Source: Patescibacteria group bacterium (lineage in GTDB: Bacteria; Patescibacteriota; JACMRA01). Taken from it: a DNA stretch of 64,000 nt. How positions within the stretch are numbered: the stretch's first letter is position 1; every line of letters begins with the position of its first letter. Location of the stretch: positions 2,851 to 66,850 of the forward strand of contig JBCDGH010000001.1 of assembly GCA_038751365.1 (NCBI GenBank). Direction: 5' to 3'. Positions 57,895 to 64,000 of this stretch are shown here, piece by piece. The notes beneath the pieces are model-generated. The model saw only the letters and a program-made list of their open reading frames with translations. It did no database searches and had not been told where the DNA came from. A program made the translations under genes and the position numbers.

Positions 57895-58464
57895 ATGAAC
57901 TATATAACATTTGATATAGAAACTTACAGTCCGTCAAACTCTAAGCGCATAGATACTAACGAATTTAGAGTAACTGTAGTAGGTGCGTATTTTAGTTGGA
58001 TCGATAAATATATTGCTTTTTTAGAAGATGAAGTAAAGGATTTTTTAGATGTTTTGAAAGAGGCGGAGTTAGTGGTCGGATTTAATCATATTTGGTTTGA
58101 TTTGCCAGTTTTGCAGAAATACTCAACGTATAATTTATTCCAACTCACGAACTATGATATAATGGTTGAGTTTGAGAAAAAGGCAGGTTTCAAAGCCAAG
58201 CTTGATGATTTGGCTAAATCTAATTTAGGAGCAAAAAAAACTGACACCTACGAGTCTTACAGTAAATATCATGAACAATGTAAATGGTCTGAGTTAATTG
58301 ATTATTGTATGAATGATGTTAAGCTTACTGAAGATCTGTTTAAAATAATTCGAGGTGGTGGTGAATTGCTGTATGATGATTCATTACAAGTTAAAGAATT
58401 TGTACTCAATCAACCAGTTGGAAAGAAGGTTACTCTCGAAGCTCAGCCAGACAGTATATTCTGA
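57895..58464 (+). CDS. DEDD-type 3'-5' exonuclease (RNase H-like fold)
   Basis: ITFDIETYS (ExoI), GFNHIWFDLPVL (ExoII-like) and YCMNDVKLT (ExoIII-like). Confidence 0.55.
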   Translation: MNYITFDIETYSPSNSKRIDTNEFRVTVVGAYFSWIDKYIAFLEDEVKDFLDVLKEAELVVGFNHIWFDLPVLQKYSTYNLFQLTNYDIMVEFEKKAGFKAKLDDLAKSNLGAKKTDTYESYSKYHEQCKWSELIDYCMNDVKLTEDLFKIIRGGGELLYDDSLQVKEFVLNQPVGKKVTLEAQPDSIF

Positions 58465-58466
58465 TC

Positions 58467-58494
58467 TTGACAGAAACATAAATAGAGCTATAAT
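58467..58494 (+). promoter_or_regulatory. Consensus sigma-70 promoter upstream of rpoC (TTGACA-N16-TATAAT)
   Basis: Perfect -35 hexamer at 58467-58472 and perfect -10 hexamer at 58489-58494, about 145 nt upstream of the rpoC ATG. Confidence 0.55.
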
Positions 58495-58639
58495 TAGGCG
58501 AGTGCTAAGCGAACACAATAAGATTCAGCCAAGACTGTAAGATACGACCTTCTCGAAAGGTGCATTTTGTGTTGTTACATATTAAAAATAGTAGCTTAAG
58601 TTCATATTAAAGAAAGTATTCAATTTTCAACTGTTATTT

Positions 58640-61600
58640 ATGCCTTACGTAGCCATTCCAAGTAATTTAAAAAATGTAGATTCTGTAAGCTTAGAGCTCC
58701 TGTCTCCCGAAGAGATGTCAAAGATGAGCTATGGTGAAGTTTTAACAGCTGAAACCATCAATTATAGAACAGGTACACCTCAAATGAATGGCTTATTTTG
58801 CCAAGCAATATTTGGACCCATTAAAGATTGGGAGTGTGCATGTGGAAAATATAAGAGGTATCGTTACTCCGGTGTAATCTGTGATAAATGTGGTGTTGAA
58901 GTAACTCATTCCTCTGTACGTAGAGAGCGTATGGGTCATATTACTCTAGCTGCACCTTGTGTTCATCCGTGGTTCTTAAGAGTTATCCCTTCGCGTGTAG
59001 CATTGCTGCTCAATATGAAGGCGGCTGATATAAGCAGAGTCACTTACTTTTCTGCTTACGTTATCACTGAGATTAACGAAGATATCAGGGAGGAATACTT
59101 ATCAAAAATTGAGAAAGAAGCTTTGAATAGAATAAAGACAACCAAATCTGATTACGACAAAAAATTTGATGAACTTTCAAGGCAATATCAGATAGATAAG
59201 TCTAATGGTAAGCATGATCCTGAGCATCTTAAGACAAAATATGAGACTGACAAAGAAATTCTTAAATCTCAGCAAGCTGAAACCGTGTCGCGTATTGAAA
59301 CAATTTCTGAAGTAGCTAAAAAAGAGTTAGCTGCTTTAAACTACTGTGATGTCATAACTGAAGTCATGTATCAAGAGCTAGCTCAGAAGTTCGGACCAAC
59401 TTTCAAGGCAGAGATAGGTGCTGAGGCTATAGAGAGTTTGCTTAAGAAAATTGACTTGGAGGCTTACTATACTGATCTTAAAGATAAAATGATTAATAGT
59501 AAGGGACAAGCCAAAAAGAAATATTCTAAAAGATTTAAGCTTGTAAAAAGTTTCTTACACAACAAGGCTAGACCTGAATGGATGATTCTAAGGAGGGTAA
59601 TGGTCTTACCACCAGATCTTAGACCAATGCTTCAGTTAGACGGTGGTAGATTTGCTGCTTCTGATCTGAATGAACTATATAGAAGGTTGATCAATAGAAA
59701 CAATCGTCTTAGAAAACTGATTCAGATTGGTGCTCCAGAAGTAATTCTTAGAAACGAAAAAAGAATGTTGCAAGAAGCTATAGAGGCTCTAATTGATAAC
59801 TCTGCTAGAGGTGGAAGACAGGTTATGGCTTCTACAGGAGCTAAGAGACCTCTCAAGTCTTTAACTGATATTCTTAAAGGTAAGCAGGGAAGATTCAGGC
59901 AGAACCTTCTGGGTAAGCGTGTAGACTATTCAGGGCGTTCGGTGGTAATTATTGGTCCTCATCTCAAATTAGATCAGTGTGGACTACCTAAAGAGATGGC
60001 TTTAGAATTATTCAAACCCTTTTTGATGGGTAGAATAGTTACCAAGTCTGAGCAAGGTCTTCTAAGTGAGGAAAATCAGGCGTTTAACGTTCACTCAGCT
60101 CGTAGATTAATAGAAACCAAAAAGCCAATCGTTTATGATATCTTAGATGAAGTTATCCAAGATAAGTTTGTGCTACTTAACCGCGCTCCTACATTGCATA
60201 GACTATCTTTCATGGCTTTCAAGCCTGTGTTAGTAGAAGGTAAAGCGATTAGGCTGCATCCACTTGTCTGTAAAGCATTTAATGCTGACTTTGACGGTGA
60301 TCAAATGGCTGTTCATCTCCCAATAACGGTTAAAGGACAGGAAGAAGCTAAGCATCTAATGGTTTCCACTAAGAATCTACTGAAGCCTGCTAGTGGTGAG
60401 ATTATAATGATTGGTGACTATCAAGATGTAATGCTTGGAGTGTACTACCTTACTAGAGAGAACGAATTGTCCCAAAAGCCTAAAGTTTATGCTTCTGAAG
60501 GTGAAATGATGATGGCTTTTGATAATGGAAAGATAGGCTTAAACGATTTGGCTAAAGTTAGGATTAGTAAAGGGTTTGAAAAACCTACCGTAATAGAAAC
60601 TACTGCAGGTAGGATTGTATTCAATAGGTGTTTTCCTGAAGATTATAAGTTTATAAATCATACACTATCCAAGAAAGCTTACGGGCAGCTGGTGAATAGT
60701 ACTTTCTTTGATTTGGGTCAGGATATAATGGCTAAATGTTTAGATAAGCTAAAGGATGTTGCTTTTGAGTATGTTACTCGTTCAGGTATTTCGATGTCAT
60801 GTTATGATTTAGTGAGTCCTGATGGTAAGCATGAGCTATTAAGCGAAGCTAGAGATAAAGTAAGTAAAATTCAGGCAATGTACGAAACTAAAGGTTTGTT
60901 GACCGAAAAAGATAGGCATAGGCAGATCGTTAACGTATGGAGGCAAGCTTCTGAAGAAATAGCTAAAAGATCAGAGGAATATCTTGATACTGAAGGCAAT
61001 GCTGGAATGATGATTAAGTCAGGTGCTAAAGGTAATATATCTCAGTTAAACTTGATGGTTGGAATTAGAGGGCTATCTGTAGATGCTGGTGGTAGAACAA
61101 TTGAGCTACCAGCTCAGCACGGATACTTAGAAGGATTGACTGGTCTGGAGTACTTTGTGGGTATGAAAGGGCAGAGAAAAGGTCAGGCTGATCTCGTGTT
61201 GAAGACTGCGGATGCTGGGTATTTGACTAGAAGATTAGTTGATATTGCTCAGAATATGATTATCATGGCTGATGACTGTGGTACTCAGGAAGGTATTCTG
61301 TACACCAAAGAAAATGATAACAAGATGGGTAAGACTATGCTTGAAAGGGTCTATGGTAGATACCTACTAAAAGACGTAGAAGATGTTAATGGGAAGGTGG
61401 TAGCTCACAAAGGTGCGTTACTAGATAGGCAACTGATTTCAGAATTAGAGAATTACGATATCGAACAGTTGTGGATAAGAAGTTCTACAAAATGCAATCT
61501 ACCTAGAGGTATATGTCAGAAATGCTATGGTATTGACTTTAGTACTCATCAACCAGTTAAACTAGGTATCACTGTGGGTATAATAGCTGCTCAAAGTCTT

Positions 61601-62599
61601 GGAGAACCAAGTACTCAGTTAACAATCAGCTCTAAGCACAGCTATGGTGTAGTTACTAAGTCAGATATTACTACAGGTTTACCACGTGTAGAAGAAATAT
61701 TTGAGGCTAGAGTACCAAAGTATATCGCACCCATGGTTACCGTTGATGGTGTCGTTGAAAAAGTAACTGGAAATATCGATGATGGATACGAAGTTACTAT
61801 ATCAAGTAAAGATTCAGTATATAATTTTGATTATAATGCTCAGAGTGATAATTTACTTGTTGACGAGGGTGCTGAGGTAACTAACAAAGATACTTTATTT
61901 ATTCAGTCTACTGGTGAAGCTGTAATGGCAAACGTCAAAGGCAAATTAGAAACTGTTGGGAATCAATTAGTAGTTAGGCAAACTGCTCCAGAAGTAGTTA
62001 CTTACAAGACTATTCCGGGGGTGTCAGCAATTGTGAAAGAGGGTGATAAGGTTAAAAGAGGTCAAGCGGTTGCCGAAGGTGCTCTAGATTTACAGAGCTT
62101 ATTAGACCTTGTAGGGTTGGATTCGTTGCAAGAGTATGTTATTAGGCAATTAACTGATATTTATGTATCTAATGGTATTACAGTTAATGAAAAACATATT
62201 GAAGTCATTATCAAGCAGATGTGCAGTAGGGTACAGATCGTTGATCCTGGCGATAGTGACTTTATCAATGGAGATCTTATTGGTTACTCAGTAATTGCTA
62301 CTCAAAATAAGCATCTTGCTAAGCATGACAGAAAGCTTATTTCTTTCAAGAGAGTTGTTACCGGAATTTCTAAAGCTTCGCTCTCTACAGAATCATTCCT
62401 ATCAGCTGCTTCATTCCAGGAAACTGCCAGAGTATTGGTAGAAGCTGTAATTAGTGGTCGACGGGATAATCTTCTTGGTCTAAAAGAAAATGTGATTCTT
62501 GGACAGCTAATTCCTGCTGGAACAGGTTTTGATGAGAATAAAGTTCTTCAAGCAGAATTACAAGAGGAGTTTGAAGAGCTGGAAGTAATTGACGACTAG
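58640..62599 (+). CDS. rpoC: DNA-directed RNA polymerase subunit beta'
   Basis: Zn-binding CACGKY..CDKCGVEV, NADFDGDQMAVHLP (catalytic triad), and bridge-helix and trigger-loop regions. It is an uninterrupted 1319 aa. Confidence 0.95.
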   Translation: MPYVAIPSNLKNVDSVSLELLSPEEMSKMSYGEVLTAETINYRTGTPQMNGLFCQAIFGPIKDWECACGKYKRYRYSGVICDKCGVEVTHSSVRRERMGHITLAAPCVHPWFLRVIPSRVALLLNMKAADISRVTYFSAYVITEINEDIREEYLSKIEKEALNRIKTTKSDYDKKFDELSRQYQIDKSNGKHDPEHLKTKYETDKEILKSQQAETVSRIETISEVAKKELAALNYCDVITEVMYQELAQKFGPTFKAEIGAEAIESLLKKIDLEAYYTDLKDKMINSKGQAKKKYSKRFKLVKSFLHNKARPEWMILRRVMVLPPDLRPMLQLDGGRFAASDLNELYRRLINRNNRLRKLIQIGAPEVILRNEKRMLQEAIEALIDNSARGGRQVMASTGAKRPLKSLTDILKGKQGRFRQNLLGKRVDYSGRSVVIIGPHLKLDQCGLPKEMALELFKPFLMGRIVTKSEQGLLSEENQAFNVHSARRLIETKKPIVYDILDEVIQDKFVLLNRAPTLHRLSFMAFKPVLVEGKAIRLHPLVCKAFNADFDGDQMAVHLPITVKGQEEAKHLMVSTKNLLKPASGEIIMIGDYQDVMLGVYYLTRENELSQKPKVYASEGEMMMAFDNGKIGLNDLAKVRISKGFEKPTVIETTAGRIVFNRCFPEDYKFINHTLSKKAYGQLVNSTFFDLGQDIMAKCLDKLKDVAFEYVTRSGISMSCYDLVSPDGKHELLSEARDKVSKIQAMYETKGLLTEKDRHRQIVNVWRQASEEIAKRSEEYLDTEGNAGMMIKSGAKGNISQLNLMVGIRGLSVDAGGRTIELPAQHGYLEGLTGLEYFVGMKGQRKGQADLVLKTADAGYLTRRLVDIAQNMIIMADDCGTQEGILYTKENDNKMGKTMLERVYGRYLLKDVEDVNGKVVAHKGALLDRQLISELENYDIEQLWIRSSTKCNLPRGICQKCYGIDFSTHQPVKLGITVGIIAAQSLGEPSTQLTISSKHSYGVVTKSDITTGLPRVEEIFEARVPKYIAPMVTVDGVVEKVTGNIDDGYEVTISSKDSVYNFDYNAQSDNLLVDEGAEVTNKDTLFIQSTGEAVMANVKGKLETVGNQLVVRQTAPEVVTYKTIPGVSAIVKEGDKVKRGQAVAEGALDLQSLLDLVGLDSLQEYVIRQLTDIYVSNGITVNEKHIEVIIKQMCSRVQIVDPGDSDFINGDLIGYSVIATQNKHLAKHDRKLISFKRVVTGISKASLSTESFLSAASFQETARVLVEAVISGRRDNLLGLKENVILGQLIPAGTGFDENKVLQAELQEEFEELEVIDD

Positions 62600-62831
62600 C
62601 CATTATAGACGTCATCTACTATTATGATGTAAAGCTCTTTATCACTTAAGACCTTGTATAGAACAGTGGAGGGTATTCAGGAAAGTGCTACGAGATTAGT
62701 AAAATCTTCTAAGGTTTTAGATACTTTATCTGTTCTTGAAACAAAAAACTTTGTATATATTTACACAGACTTAACCATGGCAAAAGAGATATCGATGTAC
62801 ATCAGATATATGAATCCTTTAAGTGCTGGTG

Positions 62832-64000
62832 CTATTTAACTACATTAACTTTTCCGATATTCTTTCTAGATTTATATAGTAAATAAATACTTCCGCTGAT
62901 TAAGGAGCTTACTACCAATATAAAGAAAGTTGCTACTCCGCCTGAGCGTGCAGTTGTAGGGGAGTTGACTGTATCTGCAGTTACTACAAATGTAGATGCA
63001 GGAGGGATGGTAGCTGTATACTTGCTACTACCTAAACTAGTCACATTGGTTTCTACTCCTGGAGAGTCACAACTGTAGGCTTTTACGTTTGTTACGTTAT
63101 CTGAAAGTGAGAAAGTAATCTTAACATCTTTTATTTTGGACTTATTTGCTCCAAAGTCAAAGCTAGTAGCTAGTCTACGGACTCCTGTGACGTTTGAAGT
63201 ACAAGTACCATTAGAATCTAGTAAATTATAAGATATGTTACCATTACTAATCTGATCTTGCAAGGTTATTTCGAATTTTGATATACCGCCTACTGGGTTT
63301 TCAATAGTTTTTGTATCGCCTGCGTTACCAGAAATAACGTATGATTTAGTGGTATTAGTAAGGGTATTGTTTGATGAAGTGTTAGAAGAGCTGCTTGAGG
63401 ATGAAGAACTTGCTGATGAGCTAGAATTAGCGTTAGTATTACTAGTTGAGCTGGATGTTGTAGATGAAGTTGTACTGGTATCACTGCTTGTACTGCTAGA
63501 ACTGCTATCATTACCACTAGTACTTCCTGATGTGGTAGATGTATTGTTGATTAATAGGCTGGCTGTAGGCGAACTTCCTAATGATGTCGGAACTTCCTTA
63601 GCACCAGCTGAACTTCCAGTAGTTGGTACATTGGCACAAGAAAGTTTGGCTGAAGATGTATTATTATCGTTAATAGTGCAGTTTGGGGAGACTGTAGAAT
63701 CTGGCACTGTGACAGTTAAGCCTGTTGTTGGAAGGGAGTAACTATTATTAGAATCTCCAGTAAGTGGGTAGTTACAAGTTGTTACAGCCCCTACATCTAC
63801 CGGGTCACAAGTTCCCATAACTAAATTAATTGCTGAAATAATTGTCGGGTCAGGTGTTGTGTCTAAAGCATTAATCTGTAGTTGTGCTGTAGGCGAATTT
63901 CCTAATGATGTTGGAACTTCCTTAGCGCCAGCTGAACTTCCAGTAGTTGGTACATTGGCACATACAATCTTTGTGTTATCGGGTAGTGTACAATTTGGAG
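62832..64000 (-). CDS. Repetitive Ser/Thr-rich surface protein with C-terminal TM anchor; 5' end lies beyond the right window edge
   Basis: The minus-strand frame stays open from 63998 through the M at 63818 (hand translation PNCTLPDNTKIVCANVPTTGSSAGAKEVPTSLGNSPTAQLQIN...). It has a poly-S/T stretch and ends GGVATFFILVVSSLISGSIYLLYKSRKNIGKVNVVK. Confidence 0.7.
   Translation of the reverse strand, partial: PNCTLPDNTKIVCANVPTTGSSAGAKEVPTSLGNSPTAQLQINALDTTPDPTIISAINLVMGTCDPVDVGAVTTCNYPLTGDSNNSYSLPTTGLTVTVPDSTVSPNCTINDNNTSSAKLSCANVPTTGSSAGAKEVPTSLGSSPTASLLINNTSTTSGSTSGNDSSSSSTSSDTSTTSSTTSSSTSNTNANSSSSASSSSSSSSSNTSSNNTLTNTTKSYVISGNAGDTKTIENPVGGISKFEITLQDQISNGNISYNLLDSNGTCTSNVTGVRRLATSFDFGANKSKIKDVKITFSLSDNVTNVKAYSCDSPGVETNVTSLGSSKYTATIPPASTFVVTADTVNSPTTARSGGVATFFILVVSSLISGSIYLLYKSRKNIGKVNVVK
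63562..63962 (-). repeat. Intragenic tandem module with 324-bp (108-aa) period
   Basis: The 77-nt cores at 63562-63638 and 63886-63962 differ at only 3 positions (hand count). They encode CANVPTTGSSAGAKEVPTSLG.SPTA. Confidence 0.85.

Noticed and set aside
62654-62839. 61-aa ORF in the rpoC/surface-protein intergenic region
   Set aside because: It uses an alternative start, has no SD and no motif, and overlaps the 3' end of the convergent surface-protein gene.
63290-63741. ORFs 63349..63741 (+) and 63290..63517 (-) within the surface-protein gene
   Set aside because: They are artefacts of the low-complexity Ser/Thr-coding repeat, with Leu/Val/Glu-only or Gln/Leu/His-rich translations. The minus-strand frame encoding the S/T-rich protein, with its anchor and repeated modules, is the coherent one.
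1-64000. Alternative genetic code (UGA read as Gly, as in Gracilibacteria/Absconditabacteria), considered because the gene content looks CPR-like
   Set aside because: rpoC (1319 aa), dnaE (942 aa), clpC-like (835 aa) and gyrB are uninterrupted under the standard table. TGA also terminates conserved genes at the expected C-termini, for example smpB at 18829-18831 and the ABC ATPase at 35682-35684.
1-64000. CRISPR arrays, rRNA genes, integrases or prophage blocks
   Set aside because: Scanning the intergenic regions found no regularly spaced direct repeats, no rRNA-like conserved stretches, and no recombinase, portal or terminase-like ORFs. The only mobile-element protein is the frameshifted IS1595-type transposase.

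Overview
AT-rich bacterial chromosome segment read with the standard genetic code: rpoC, dnaE and clpC are uninterrupted, and TGA ends conserved genes at their expected C-termini. I support about 60 protein-coding genes, two tRNAs (Gln-UUG, Leu-CAG), one frameshifted IS1595-family element at the left edge, an AbiEi/AbiEii toxin-antitoxin pair, and a partial repetitive surface-protein gene at the right edge. There are no rRNA genes and no CRISPR array. Housekeeping genes include ftsE, folD, ybaB, yraN, dnaE, tig, smpB, ssb, tyrS (archaeal type), a cyclophilin, rpoD, clpC-like, mutM, gyrB, tgt, an ftsQ-like gene, leuS and rpoC. They are interspersed with many membrane, secreted or unknown proteins. 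Several core genes are shortened, fused or split, which fits a reduced-genome lineage such as Patescibacteria/CPR; that taxonomic call is inference only. The most unusual points are: (1) leuS is encoded as two ORFs 1.58 kb apart with three unrelated ORFs between them; (2) the N-terminal LeuRS piece carries an inserted domain of about 175 aa with a complete Nudix box; (3) a stand-alone ORF encodes only the anticodon-binding and coiled-coil part of ValRS; (4) the primary sigma-70 is fused in frame to a TsaE (YjeE) P-loop domain; (5) a four-gene block of unknown function lies downstream of clpC; (6) an unannotated 48-aa ORF with its own SD and terminator lies upstream of an ABC-2 exporter and a GT2-like gene; (7) a tandem GGDEF-like gene pair can be joined by a 1-nt shift in the 50-nt two-frame overlap that contains an A7 tract, next to the IS; (8) the AbiE cassette is flanked by degenerate direct repeats. 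All domain calls come from motif recognition by eye, and no database search was run.
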